A stretch of DNA of 64,000 nucleotides, taken from positions 115,260,001 to 115,324,000 of the forward strand of contig NC_086097.1 of the NCBI RefSeq assembly GCF_963921235.1, in the 5' to 3' direction. The notes under the pieces were generated by a model. The model saw nothing but the letters and a program-made list of their open reading frames with translations, ran no database searches and had not been told where the DNA came from. The stretch is from Mobula hypostoma (Eukaryota). The number at the start of each line of letters is the position of its first letter. The stretch's first letter is position 1. Shown here piece after piece: positions 1 to 13,306 of this stretch. Made by a program: the position numbers and the translations under genes.

Positions 1-232
1 TTAATGAGAGAGGTCAGAGGACAGGGGACAGACAGGTTCAAGCTCATAGGAAGGTGACAGTAACTCAAATAACCATGCCAGCCAACAGAGATGTGCAGAA
101 GAGCATCTCTGAATGCACAACATGTCAAACCTTGAAGCGGATGGACGACAGCAGCAGAAGACCATGAACAAACACTCAGTGACCGCTTTATTAGGTACAG
201 TACAGCAGAATCCTAATAGAGTGACCACAGAG
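1..232 (+). mobile_element. Tc1-derived non-autonomous element, 3' part (cut by window edge)
   Basis: Matches copies at 21726, 35316, 48403 and 59803. Ends in a TIR hairpin cactcagtgaccgctttattagg...cctaatagagtgaccacagag (174-232). Confidence 0.85.
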
Positions 233-574
233 CTTTAATGTAATTGCTTAGACATTGATTTGATTCTTTGTTGGGAGCCAACTAACTGGGACCTTTTACA
301 AAAGATCTTCATTTTACCTCCTCATAAATGCACAGAAGTGGTGTTTATGTTGCCAGTTTCTTTATCTTTGAATGCAGGTCCTGATAGCTATTCAGTTGTT
401 TTCATTCATCAGCTGCCAGTTTGCCACCTACAACAGTATGGTTTCAGTCCATAAATACAGACTCTCTACGACTGGGAGATGATGGTTGCCATGGAGCTCT
501 GTGAGGGCGCAGTGGCTAAAGAAACTCCCACAGATCCTGGTCAATGAGATTAATACTAGAAGAATTGTATTTGA

Positions 575-860
575 AAACACACACAAAATGCTGGAGGAGT
601 TCAGCAGGCCAGGCTGCATCAATGGAGGGGAATAAAGAGTTGACATTTTGGGCCAAGATCTTTCATGATGTTTGGGAAGGATGGGGGAAGAACCAGGATA
701 ATAAAGGGGAAGGGGAAGGAGTACAAGCTGGCAGAAAAGAGATTAAACCAGGTGAGGGAGAATGTGGATGGGTGGGGGAGAGGGTAAAGTAAAAAGCTGA
801 GAGGCGATAGGTGGAAGAGGCAAAGGGCTGAAGAAGAAAAAGTCTGATAGGATGCAGCAA
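575..860 (-). mobile_element. Penelope-like element 3' end remnant
   Basis: acacaaaatgctggaggagttcagcaggccagg... plus a purine-rich tract. It is the reverse complement of the UTR that follows the GIY-YIG remnant at 31270-31980. Confidence 0.75.
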
Positions 861-1527
861 TGCATCTGATCTCCAGTTTATTACTAATCTTTAGGGAATC
901 ACCAGTTCACCATCAGCATGATTCAACACTATTTTCAAAACAAATTTTTATCATCTATAGTGGTGATGTTGCTTGACATTCTTTTAAACTTTAATATTGA
1001 AGGTAGGAACTTCAATCCATTTAAATTCAGATACTAGTGGGTCATAAGGGTTTTGGTCACATATATAGAGTTAGGGTACCTAAGACTTCTGCATAGTACT
1101 GTATTTGTCAAGTTGGAGCAGATAGCGAGTTTGTAAATCTAGCAAGAGCAAAGGATGTTGGGAATGGCAAGGGTGGAACACCATGGGAGAGATGTGGAAC
1201 AGGTGGCAGAGAAGGAGAGCCAGAAGTGGGGGGGGGGGGGGTGGTGGTTGTGGCAGAGGTACAGACATACACAGCCCCTGAGACACCAGGCAAGGAAATT
1301 TGATTCCAAACAATTTGTTTATTGATCATTGCAAAATGTCTCTCTGGTGCTTCCTGATCCCTTCCCTCTCCCTTCCCCTTTTCCCAACCATGATTTCCCT
1401 CTCTCTGCCCCCCTCCCACTCTGTCCACAATAGAGACCGATCTCAGAATCGGGTTTATCATTACTCACAATTGCATGGAAGTTGTTTTTTTTGTGGCAAC
1501 AGTACAGTGCAATGCATAAAATTACTA

Positions 1528-1594
1528 CAATGCTGTGCAAAAGTCTTAGACACCCTAACTATATATATGTGCCTAGGACTTTTGCACAGTTCTG
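1528..1594. mobile_element. 67-bp Tc1/mariner-type micro-MITE (TIR pair only); degenerate copy at about 1033-1103
   Basis: caatgctgtgcaaaagtcttagacac / gtgcctaggacttttgcacagttctg inverted repeats, flanked by TA on both sides. Confidence 0.7.
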
Positions 1595-2024
1595 TAAGTG
1601 GCTACCAATGGGTTTATCATTCATGGAGAGAATAGAAGGTCAGGTAAATTGGTAAGTATGCAGTTGACAGTTTGATAATTAGTTAGAAACATCTACTCTC
1701 ATAATAAGGACATCAATCTGCAGATGTGAGTACTTCAAACTGTGACTATGATTCATCATATGCAACCATGAAAGGTATCCACATTTAGTATCTCAGTGAA
1801 GACAATGATTAACAGGCCTGTATTATTGCAAGGAAACTCTGGCAAAAGCTTGTATTGAATTCTGACTCTTACACCATGGTAGTTGTTGTGGTTGAAAAAA
1901 CTACCCGGAGACCAATACTGTCAATGTTACAAATCTTTATTCAATCAATCTCAAGAATTCTTGCGGAGCAGATCAGGTGAAAGAGTCTCCTCAAGAATTA
2001 AAATATATCACATTTTTTCATAAA

Positions 2025-4495
2025 ACCATAAGACATAGAAGCTGAATTAGGCCATTTGGCTCGTCATCTGCTCCACCATTTAATCATGGCTGATCCATGT
2101 TTCCACTCCTCTGCCCAAGTCCCTGGCCTTCTGCCAGTAACCTTTGATGCTGTGTCTAATCAAGAACCTGTCAAGCTCTGCCTTAAATACACTCAATGAA
2201 CTGGCCTCCACAGCTGTCTGTGGAAATAAATTCTACAAATTCACCACCCTTTGGGTAAAGAAATTTCTCCATATCTCTGTTTTAAAAGGCCACCCCCTAT
2301 ACTAAGGCTGTGCCCTCTTGTCCTAGACTCCCTCACAATAGGAAACATCTTTCTACATCTACTCTGTCCAGGCCTTTCAATATTTGAAAGGTTTCAATGA
2401 AATCCACACCCCCCATCCTTCTAAATTCCAGTGAGTACAGACCCAGAGCTATCAAACATTCCTTTCATTCCTTTCATTCCTGGAATCATCCTTGTGAATC
2501 TCCTCTTTACCCCCTCCAATGCCAGCACATCGTTTCATGGATGAGGACCCCAAAACTGTTCACAATACTCAAGGTGAGGCTTCACGAGTGCCTTATAAAG
2601 CCTCAGCTTCACATCTTTGCTCTTGTATTCTAGACCTCCTGAAATGAATGCTAACATTGCATTTACTTTTCTCACCACCAACTCTACCTACAAGTTAACC
2701 TTTAGGGATTTCTGCACAAGGACTCCCAAGTCCCTTTGCATCTCAGATTTTTGGATTTTCTCCCCATTCAGAAAATAGTCTGCATACTTATTTCTACTAC
2801 CAAAGTGCGAGACCATGCATTTTCCAACATTGTATTTCATTTGCCACTTTCTTGCCCATTCTCCTAATTTGTCTATTTTCTTTTGCAGCCTACCTGTTTC
2901 CTGAACATTAAATGCCCCCTCCACCAATCTTCGTACCATCTGCAAACCTGGCAACAAAGCCATCTGTTCTAACATCTGAATTATTGGTATACAGTATAAA
3001 AAGAAGCAGTCCCAACATTGACTCCTCAATGGAACACCACTACTCAATGGCCACCAACCAGTAAAGGATCCTTTTATTCCCACTCACTGCCTCCTACCAA
3101 TCAGCCCATACTCTAACCATGCTAGTAACTTTCCGGTAATATCATGGACTCTGAACTTGGTAAGCAGCCTCATGTGTGGTACTTTGTCAAAAGCCTTCTG
3201 AAAGCCCAAATATGCAACATCCACTGCAATCCTTTTATCTGTCCTACATGTAATCTCCTCAAAGAATTCCCATAGGTTTAACAGGCAAGAATTTCCCTTA
3301 AGGAAACCATACTGACTTTGTCCTATCTCATCCTGGTTCTCCAAATACTCCATAACCTCATCCTTGATTCCAACATCTCCCAACAACTGAGGTCAGGCTA
3401 ACTGGTCTGTAATTTCCTTTCTGCTGCCTTCCTTCTTTCTTAAAGAGCGGAGTGACATTTACAATTTTCCAGTCCTCTAGCACCATGCCAGAGTCCAATG
3501 ATTTTTGAAAGATCATTACTAATCCCTCCACAATCTCTTCTGCTACAACTTTCAGAACCCTAGGGTGCAGTTCATCTGGTCTGGGTAACATGTGTACCCG
3601 TAGGTCTTTCAGCTTTTTTGAGCTCCTTTTCTCTTGTAATAGTAACTGCACTCGCTTCTTTTTCCTCACACCCTTCAACATCTGGCACACTGCTAGTATC
3701 TTCCACAGTGAGGACTGTTGCAAAATATTCATTTAGTTCATCAGCTATCTCCTTGGCCCCATTATTATTTCTCTAGGCTTATTTTCTAGCAGAGCTAGGT
3801 ACATCCACTCTCATCTTTCTTTTATTTTTTACATACTTAAAAGCTTTTACTATCCACATTGATTATGTTTGCTAGCTTGATTTCATATTTCATCGTTTCC
3901 TTCCTAATTTTTTTTTGTTGCTCTCTATAGTTTTTTAAAAGCTTCCCAATCCTATATCTTCCCACTAATTTTTGCTTTGTTGTATGCCTTCTTTTGCTTT
4001 TACATGAGCTTTGATTTCTCTTGTCAGCCACGGTTGTACTATTTTGCCATTTTAGTAGGTCTTTGTTTTTGGAATACATCTATCCTACACCTTCTTCATT
4101 TTCCCCAGAAACTCACACCATTGCTGCTCTCAAACAAGAGAAAATCTGTAGATGCTGGAAATGCCAAAGGGTCTCGGCCAAAAATGTCAACTGTACTTTT
4201 TTCCATAGCTGCTGCCTGACCTGCTGACTTTCTTCAGGATTTTGTCTCCATTGCTGCTCTGCTGTCATCCCTGCCAGAAACTTCTTCCATTTACTTTGGC
4301 CAAGTCCTCTCACATACTACTGTGATTTCCTTTACTCCACTGAAATACTGCTAATCAGCCTTTACTCTCTCCCTATCAAATTTCAAGTTGAACTTAATCA
4401 TATTATGATTACTGTCTCCTAAGAGTTCTTTTACCCTAAACTCCCTAATCCCCTCCGGTTCTTTGCACAAAACCTAATCCAGTATAGCAGATCCC
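2025..4495 (-). mobile_element. CR1 LINE 'A', 3' segment (decayed ORF2 RT and 3' UTR)
   Basis: ORF fragments GNYRPVSLTSVVG, FQKAFDKVPH, KWQMKYNVGKC. CR1-type 3' tail near 2025. Many frameshifts. Confidence 0.92.
4131..4247. mobile_element. Tiny Penelope-like terminal fragment (inverted piece plus direct piece) inserted in CR1 A
   Basis: 13-bp direct repeat ccattgctgctct at 4118-4130 and 4248-4260. The insert matches PLE ends elsewhere in the window. Confidence 0.8.
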
Positions 4496-6405
4496 GCAGA
4501 GGAGGACAAAGGGCTTAATTAGGAAAGGGAAAAAAGATTATGAGAGAAATCTGGCAGGGAACATAAAAACTGACTATAAAAGCTTTTATAGATATGTGAA
4601 AAGAAAAAGATTGGTTAAGACAAATGTAGGTCCCTTGCAGTCAGAAACAGGTGAATTGATCGTGGGGAACAAGGACGTGGCTGACCAATTGAATAACTAC
4701 TTTGGTTCTGTCTTCACTAAGGAGGACGTAAATAATCTTCCGGAAATAGTAGGGGACCGAGGGTCTAGTGAGATGGAGGAATGGAGGGAAGTGGTAAATT
4801 GAAGGGATTGAAGGCAGTTAAATCCCCAGGGCCAGATGGTCTGCATCCCAGAGTGCTTAAGGAAGTAGCCCAAGAAATAGTGGATGCATTAGTGATAATT
4901 TTTCAAAACTCTTTAGATTCTGGATTAGTTCCTGAGAATTGGAGGGTGGCTAATGTAACCCTGCTTTTTAAAAAAGGAGGGAGAGAGAAACTGGGGAATT
5001 ATAGACCGGTAAGCCTGACATCGATGGTGGGGAAAATGCTAGAGTCAGTTATCAAAGATGTGATAACAGCACATTTGGAAAGCGGTGAAATCATCGGACA
5101 AAGTCAGCATGGATTTGTGAAAGGAAAATTATGTCTGACGAATCTTATAGAATTTTTTGAGGATGTAACGAGTAGAGTGGACAGGGGAGAACCAGTGGAT
5201 GTGGTATATTTGGATTTTCAAAAGGCTTTTGACAAGGTCCCACACAGGAGATTAGTGTGCAAACTTAAAGCACACGTTATTGGGGATATGGTATTGATGT
5301 GGATAGAGAATTGGTTGACAGACAAGAAGCAAAGAGTGGGAATAAACGGGACCTTTTCAGAATGGCAGGCAGTGACTAGTGGGGTACTGCAAGGATCAGT
5401 GCTGGGACCCCAGTTGTTTACAATATATATTAATGACTTAGACGAGGGAATGAAATGCAGCATCTCCAAGTTTGCAGATGACACGAAGCTAGGCGGCAGT
5501 GTTAGCTGTGAGGAGGATGCTAAGAGGATGCAGGGTGACTTGGATATGTTAGGTAAGTGGGCAGATCATGGCAGATGCAATTTAATGTGGATAAATGTGA
5601 GGTTATCCACTTTGGTGGCAAGAACAGGAAAACAGATTATTATCTGGATGGTGGCCGATTAGGAAAAGGGGAGGTGCAACGAGACCTGGGTGTCATTGTA
5701 CACCAGTCATTGAAAGTTGGCATGCAGGTACAGCAGGCGGTGAAAAAGGCGAATGGTATGCTGGCACTTTATAGCAAGAGGATTCGGGTACAGGAGCAGG
5801 GAGGTACTACTGTGGTTGTACAAGGCCTTGGCGAGACCACACCTGGAGTATTGTGTACAGGTTTTGTCCCCTAATCTGAGGAAAGACATTCTTGCCATTG
5901 AGGGGGTACAAAGAAGGTTCACCAGATTGATTCCTGGGATGACAGGACTTTCATATGATGAAAGACTGGATCGACTAGGCTTATACTCTCTGGAATTTAG
6001 AAGATTGAGGGGGTATGTGATTGAAACGTATAAAATTCTAAAGGGATTGAACAGGCTAGATGCAGGAAGGTTGTTCCCGATGTTGGGGAAGTCCAGAACA
6101 AGGGGTCACAGTCTGAGGATAAAGGGGAAGCCTTTTAGGACCGAGATGAGGAAAAACAACTTCACACAGAGAGTGATGAATCTGTGGAATTCTCTGCCAC
6201 AGGTTACTGCTGAGGCCAGTTCATTGGCTATATTTAAGAGGGAGTTAGATAAAGCACTTGTGGCTCAAGGGATCGGGGGTGTGGAGAGAAGGCAGGTACA
6301 GGGTTCTGAGTTGGATGATCAGCCATGATCGTAATGAATAGCAGTGCAGGCTCGAAGGGCTGAAAGGCCTATTCCTGCACCTATTTTCTATGTTTCTATT
6401 TTTCT
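4496..6405 (+). mobile_element. 5'-truncated CR1 LINE 'B' inserted in CR1 A
   Basis: ORF 4781-5662 RT (YLDFQKAFDKVPH, QGSVLGP, KFADD) and C-terminus 5753-6328. (ttctatgt)n tail. atccc duplicated at 4491-4495 and 6406-6410. Confidence 0.95.
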
Positions 6406-6410
6406 ATCCC

Positions 6411-6665
6411 CTAGTAGGCTCAACAACAAACTGCTCTAAAGAGCCATCTTGTTGGCATTCAACAAATTCACTTCTTGAGATCCATTTCCAACTTGATTTT
6501 CCCAGATGACCTGCATATTGAAACCTCCCAGAACTATCACAACTTTGCCCTCTTGACATATCTTTTCTATTTCCTCTTGTAATCTGTGATCCACATCCCA
6601 GCTGCTGCTGGGAAGTCTGTATATAACTGCTGTCAGGGTCCTTTTACCCTTGCAGTTACTTAACT
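6411..6665 (-). mobile_element. CR1 A continuation (APE endonuclease region)
   Basis: Colinear with the homologous region of CR1 C at 10441-10700. Confidence 0.85.
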
Positions 6666-8081
6666 GTCCCAGTACAATCCCTTGTTGAAGAGGTCAAGGT
6701 AGCCAAGGTAAGATCATTCTTGATGCTTCGAGACTCAAAAGATCCTGTCATCAAGAACACCCAGCCGGACATGAGATCAGGCAGGAAGTGGTCAGCCCAT
6801 GTAGGAGTTGATGAGGCAGAGTCTGGATTGAAGCACAAGGAAACGGTTGGGGCTATCCAGCTAGGCTGTCAGGTACTTGGATGGACAACCCACAATTAGT
6901 GGTCATCTTCTACAGGTAAGGAGCGCCATGAGCTTGTAACACAAGAGATCCGAGAGGTAGAAGAAGAGAAGAGGTTAGCTAAAATAGCTGGCCTGTCCAA
7001 ACAAGGGGCTTGGACCTGGTGGGAAAATGTTGAACAACGACATCTAACTTGGAATGTTCTGTGGCAGAAGGAACCGCTCTGCATTTCTTTTCTATGCAGA
7101 GCAGCGTACGATCTGCTCCCAACACCTGCCAACCTCAGCAGCTGGTGTGAAGATAAGACAGACAGGTGTGCTGTTTGTGGTGAGAAAGGAACATTTCAAC
7201 ATATTTTGAGTGCATGCAGAGTCAATCTTTCCAGCGGCATGTACACTTGGAGACATAACAACGTTCTCAAAGTTGTAACAGAAGCGGTTGAGCAGAGAGT
7301 ACTGCAGCACAACTTATCTCATGCCCCATGCTGCACAGAATATCGTATATCATTTGTGAAAGAAGGCTCCAAGTCAAGGGTGTGCAGCACAGGTTCACGA
7401 TCAAGCATACTTTCTTCAGCCAATGATTAGTGTATCAAGGCCGATCTGGATGGGAAAGGCAGTTTCCCGGAGCAAATAGCTTTCACCACATTACGTCCAG
7501 ATATAATCGTATGGTCTGACACCAGTAGAGAAGTGGTTATTGGTGAACTTACAGTTCCCTGGGAAGACAACATCGATGAAGCCCATGAGCGCAAGTTAAC
7601 CAAGTATGCAGAATTAAGATCAGAGTGCAGAGACAGAAGGTGGAAGTTCTCATGCTATCCATTCAAAGTAGGCTGCCGTGGGTTTATTGCGTTCACTTTC
7701 CAGAAGTGGCTGCGTGACATTGGTTTCACTAGAAGAGAGATCAAGTCAACCAGCAGGACTGTAGCTGAGGCAGCAGAGAAAGGATCAGCATGGGTGTGGA
7801 CCAAGTATGTCCAGAGGGGCAGATAGTCAGACAGTGTACACATATCTTGCAAACCCTTCAGTAGTGGCATAGACACCTGCAGAGCAGACTATCTGTTGGA
7901 TGGAAGTGACCAATAACTCTGATGGAGGCAGATGCCAAGTTTTTAAGCTCACCAATTGGAGGTGGTGCTTTAGCACTGCTGGCCCACCACCTTGAGGGAG
8001 TCTTGATCATAAGCGGGCCGAAACTCCTGAAGACAAGTGGCAGATCAACTGATGATCCTACTGGTGATAGCACAGAACAGT
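6666..8081 (+). mobile_element. 5'-truncated HERO-type non-LTR retrotransposon (restriction-like endonuclease); last ~29 nt displaced to 11378-11406
   Basis: One frame 6660-7826 with two TAG stops (6897, 7428): GRKWSA, QGAWTWW, YDLLPTPANL, CCHC knuckle CAVC..HILSAC, RHN, RPDIIVWS..ELTVPWE..K..KY, VGCRGF, AEKGSAWVW. Candidate TSD ttaact at 6660-6665 and 11407-11412. Confidence 0.85.
7996..8061 (+). ncRNA. Candidate non-circularly permuted hammerhead ribozyme in HERO 3' UTR
   Basis: gggagt-C-ttgatc ... GAAA-ctcct ... gatcaa-CTGATGA. Stem III ggagt/actcc and stem I ttgatc/gatcaa pair perfectly; stem II is imperfect. Confidence 0.65.
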
Positions 8082-11000
8082 TAAGACCATAAGACCATAA
8101 GACAAAGGAGCAGAAGTAGGCCATTCGGCCCATCGAGTCTGCTCCGCCATTTTATCATGAGCTGATCCATTTTATCCTATTTAGTCCCACTGCCCCGCCT
8201 TCTCACCATAACCTTTGATGCCCTGGCTACTCAGATACCTATCGATCTCTGCCCTAAATATGCCCAATGACTTGGCCTCTACTGCTGCCCATGGCAACAA
8301 ATTCCATTGGTTCACCACCCTCTGACTAAAAAAATTTCTTTGCATTTCTGTTCTGAAAGGGCGCCCTTCAATCCTGAAGTCATGCCCTCTCGTACTAGAC
8401 TCCCCTATCATGGGAAACAACTTTGCCACATCTACTCTGTCCATGCCTTTTAACATTCAAAGTGTTTCTATGAGGTCTCCCCTCATTCTTCTAAACTCCA
8501 AGGAATACAGTCCAAGAGCGGACAAACGTTCCTCATATGTTAACCCTCTTATTCCTGGAATCATTCTCGTGAATCTTCTCTGTACCCTCTCCAACATCAG
8601 CACATCCTTTCTTAAATAAGGAGACCAAAACTGCCCACAGTACTCTAAGTGAGGTCTCACCAGCGCCTTATAGAGCCTCAACATCACATCCCTGCTCCTA
8701 TACTCTATTCCTCTAGAAATGAATGCCAACATTGCATTCGCCTTCTTCACTACTGACTGAACCTGGAGGTTAACTTTAAGGGAATCCTGTACGAGGACTC
8801 CCTAGTCCCGTTGCATCTCAGAACTTTGAATTCTTTCCCCATTTAAATAATAGTCTGCCTGTTTATTTTTTCTGCCAAAGTGCATAACCATACACTTTCC
8901 AACATTGTACTTCATTTGCCACTTCTCTGCCCATTCTTCCAATCTATCCAAGTCTCTCTGCAGACTCTCCGTTTCCTCAGCACTACCGACCCTCCACCTA
9001 TCTTCGTATCGTCAGCAAACTTAGCCACAAAGCCATTTATTCCATAATCCAGATCGTTGATGTACAATGTAAAAAGAAGCGGCCCCAACACTGATCCCTG
9101 TGGAACACCACTGGTAACCGGCAGCCAATCAGAATAGGATCCCTTTATTCCCTCTCTCTGTTTCCTGCCAATCAGCCAATGCTCTATCCACGTATGTAAC
9201 TTTCCCGTAATTCTATGGGCTCTTATCTTGTTAAGTAGCCTCATGTGTAGCACCTTGTCAAAGGCCTTCTGAAAATCCAAATATACAACATCCACTGCAT
9301 CTCCCTTGTCTAGCCTACCGGTAATTTCCTCAAAAAATTGTAATAGGTTTGTCAGGCAGGATTTTCCTTTAAGGAATCCATGCTGAGTTCTGCCTATCTT
9401 GTCATATGCCTCCAGGTACTCTGTAACCTCATCCTTGACAATGGACTCCAACAACTTCCCAACCACCGACGTCAAGCTAACAGGTCTATAATTTCCTTTT
9501 TGCTTCCTTGCCCCCTTCTTAAATAGCGGAGTGACATTTGCAATCTTCCAGTCTTCCGGAACCATGCCAGAATCTATCGACTTTTGAAAGATCATCGCTA
9601 CTGCCTCCGCAATCTCCACAGCTACTTCCTTCAGAACACGAAGGTGCATTCCATCTGGTCCGGCAGATTTATCTACCTTTAGACTTTTCAGCTTCCTGAG
9701 TACTTTCTCTGTCGTAATTGTGACTGCGCACACTTCTCTTCCCTGCCACCCTTGGGTGTCCGGTATCCTGCTGTCTTCCTCAGTGAAGACTGATGCAAAA
9801 TACTTGTTCAGTTCCTCTGCCATCTCCTCATCTCCCATTACAATTTCTCCAGCATCATTTTCTATCGGTCCTATATCTATTCTCACCTGTCTTTTACTCT
9901 TTATATACTTGAAAAAGTTTTTAGTATCCTCTTTGATATTATTTGCTAGTTTCCTTTCATAGTTAATCTTTTCTCTCTTAATGACCTTCTTGGTTTCCTT
10001 TTGTAACGTTTTAAAAACTTCCCAATCCTCTGTCTTCCCACTAATTTTTGCTTCCTTGTATGCCCTCTCCCTAGCTTTAACTTTGGCTTTGACTTCTCTT
10101 GTCAACCATGGTTGCATCCTTTTTCCACTCGAAAATTTCTTCTTTTTTGGAATATACCTGTCTTGCACATTCCTCATTTTTCACATAAACTCCAGCCACT
10201 GCTGCTCTGCCGTCTTTACCGCCAGTGTCTCTTTCCAGTCAACTTTGGCCAGTTCCTCTCTCATGCCACTGTAATTTCCTTTACTCCACTGAAACACGGA
10301 CACATCAGATTTCGGCTTCTCTTTTTCTAATTTCACAGTGAACTCAATCATGTTATGATCATTGCCTCCTAAGGGTTCCTTCACCTCAATCTCTCCAATC
10401 ACCTCCGGTTCATTACACAATACCCAATCCAGTACAGCCGATCCCCTAGTGGGCTCGACAACAAGCTGTTCTAAAAAGCCATCTCGCAGACATTCTACAA
10501 ATTCTCTCTCTTGAGATCCAGTGCCGATCTGATTTTTCCAATCTACTTGCATGTTAAAATCCCCCACAATTATCATAACACTGCCCTTTTGACAAGCCTT
10601 TTCTATTTCCAGTTGTAATTTGTAGTCCACATCCCTGCAGCTGTTTGGAGGCCTATAAATAACTGCCATCAGGGTCTTTTTACCCCTGCTATTCCTTAGC
10701 TCAACCCATAAAGATTCTGTACCTTCCGATCCTATATCACCTCTTTCTAATGATTTAATATCATTTCTTACCAATAAAGCCACGTCTCCCCCTCTGCCTA
10801 CCTTCCTATCCTTCCGATACACCGTGTATCCTTGGACGTTCAGCTCCCAGAGACATGCATCCTTTAGCCAGGTCTCAGTGATGGCCACAATATCATACCT
10901 GCCAATCTGTAGCTGTACAACAAGATCATCCACCTTATTCCTTATGCTGCGTGCATTTAAGTACAACACCTTAAGACCAGTATTTGATACTTTTTGCTTT

Positions 11001-11377
11001 GATTTCACGGCAACTTTATTGCACTGCAACTCATCCCAATGGCTACAAATTTTCCCCATCACCTGCCTGTCTTTCCTGACATCTTTACTGCTCACTATCT
11101 TAGATTTATTTCTGTTTTCCTCTTCCTCCGCTCTATCATTCCGGTTCCCATCCCCCTGCCAAATTAGTTTAAACCCTCCCTAACAGCTCTATTAAACTTT
11201 CCCGCCAGGATATTGGTCCCCTTCGGGTTCAGGTGTAACCTGTCCATTTTGAACAGGTCATACTTTCCCCAGAAGAGATCCCAATGATCCAAGAATCTGA
11301 AGCCCTGCCCCCTGCACCAGTCTCTCAGCCAGGCATTCATCTGCCTGATCTGACGACTCTTGCCCTCGCTAGCACGT
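8082..11377 (-). mobile_element. CR1 LINE 'C': ORF1 C-terminus plus nearly complete ORF2 (APE and RT)
   Basis: ORFs 10181-11095 (YLNARS, ITETW, GDFN), 8912-10177 (RT, FADD), 8457-8750 and 8181-8456. (ttatggtc)n tail. Few lesions. Confidence 0.95.
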
Positions 11378-11406
11378 CTTAACATCTTAGTGTATTTTTT
11401 AACTCT

Positions 11407-11793
11407 TTAACTCAACCCTCAAGGATCCAGCATCTTTTGATCCTATGTCACATCTTTTCACTGATTTGATGGCATTCTTTACCAACAGAGCCAAGCCACC
11501 CCCTCTGCCTACGATCCTACCCCTCTGATACAATGTGTAACCATGGACATTTAGCTCCCAACTACAACCATCCTTCAGCCACAATTCAGTGATGACTACA
11601 ACATCATAGCTGACAATCTGTAATAGTGCAACAAGATCATCCACCTTATTTCTTATGCTCAGTGCATTGAGATATAACACTTTGAGAACGGTATTTACTA
11701 CCTTTTTGATTCTGCATCCTGAATGCACTGATACACACCTTGCTGGCTACAGTTATGTCTCATCATTTGCCTACCTTTCCTGACAGCCTGACT
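11407..11793 (-). mobile_element. CR1 A continuation (ORF2 N-terminal APE)
   Basis: ORF 11399-11728 LKVLYLNALSIRNKVDDL. Resumes where the 6665 segment stops. Confidence 0.85.
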
Positions 11794-13305
11794 AACATAG
11801 AAACATAGAAAACCTACAGCAAAATACAGGCCCTTCAGCCCACAAAGCTGTACTGAACATGTCCTTACCATAGAACTGCCTAGGCTTACCCATAGCCCTC
11901 TATTTTTCTAAGCTCCATGTACCTATCCAGGAGTCTCTGAAAAGACCCCATTGTTTCCACCTCCACCGCCACGGCTGGCAGCCCATTCCACACACTCACC
12001 ACTCTCTGTGTAAAAAACTTAACCCAGACATCTCTTCTGTACTTACTTCCAAGAACCTTAAAACTATGCCCTCTCTTGCTAGCCATTTTAGCCCTGGGGA
12101 AAAGCCTCTGACTATCCACACGATCAATGCCTCTCATTATCTTCTACACCTCTATCAGGTCACCTCTTATCCTTCATCACTCCAAGGAGAAAAGACCGAG
12201 TTCACTCAACCCATTCTCATAAGGCATGCTCCCCAATCCAGGCAACATCCATGTAAATCTCCTCTGCACAATTTTTATGTTTTCCACATCCTTCCTGTAG
12301 TGAGGTGACCAGAATTGAGCACAGTACTTCAAGTGGGGTCTCACCAGGGTCCTATATAGCTGCAACATTACTTCTTGGCTCTTAAACTCAATCGCGAGTT
12401 TGATGAAGGCCAATGGACCATATGCCCTCTTAACCACAATGTCAACCTGCGCAGCAGCTTTGAGTGTCCTATGGACTCGAACCGCAAGGTTCCTCTGATT
12501 CTCCACACTGCCAAGAGTCTTACATTTAATACTATATTCTGCCATTATATTTGACCTACCAAAATGAACCACCTCACATTTATCTTGGTTGAACTCCATC
12601 TGACACCTCTCAGCCCAGTTTTGCATCCTATCAATGTCACACTGTAATGTCTGATGGCCCTCCACACTATCCACAACACCCCCAACCTTTGTGTCATCAG
12701 CAGATTTAGTAACCCATCCCTCCACTTCCTCATCCAGGTCATTTATAAAAATCACAAAGAGTAGGGGTCCCAGAATAGATCCCTGAGGCACACCACTGGT
12801 GACTGACCTCCATGCAGAATATGACCCATCTACAACCACTCTTTGCCTTCTGTGGGCAAGTCAGTTCTGGATCCTCAAAGCAATGTCCCCTTGGATCCCA
12901 TGCCTCCTTACTTTCTCAATAAGCCTTGCATGGAGTACCTTATCAAATGCCTTGCTGAAATCCACTTACACTACATCCATGGCTCTACCTCCATCAATGT
13001 GTTTAGTCACATCCTCAAAAAATTCAATCAGACTTGTAAGGCACGACCTGCCTTTGACAAAGCCATGCTGACTATTCCTAATAATATTATGCCTCTCCAA
13101 ATGTTCACAAATCCTGCCTCTCAGGATCTTCTCCATCAACTTACCAACCACTGAGGTAAGACTCACTGGCCTTTAATTTCCTGGGCTGTCTCTACTTCCT
13201 CTCTTGAATAATGGAATAACATCCGCAACCCTCCAGTCCTCCGGAACATCTCCTGTCCTCATTGATAATGCAAAGATCATTGACAGGTGCTTAGCAATCT
13301 CCTCC
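11794..13305 (-). mobile_element. 5'-truncated CR1 LINE 'D' inserted in CR1 A
   Basis: RT ORFs 12966-13166, 12177-12839 and 11886-12137. (ttctatgt)n tail at 11794. Possible imperfect TSD tgacagcctg/tgacagtctg (11781, 13307). Confidence 0.92.
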
Positions 13306-13306
13306 T

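Noticed and set aside
9720..10330. Antisense ORFs over CR1 ORF2 (also at 5218 and 46509)
   Set aside because: Shadow frames of retroelement coding sequence.
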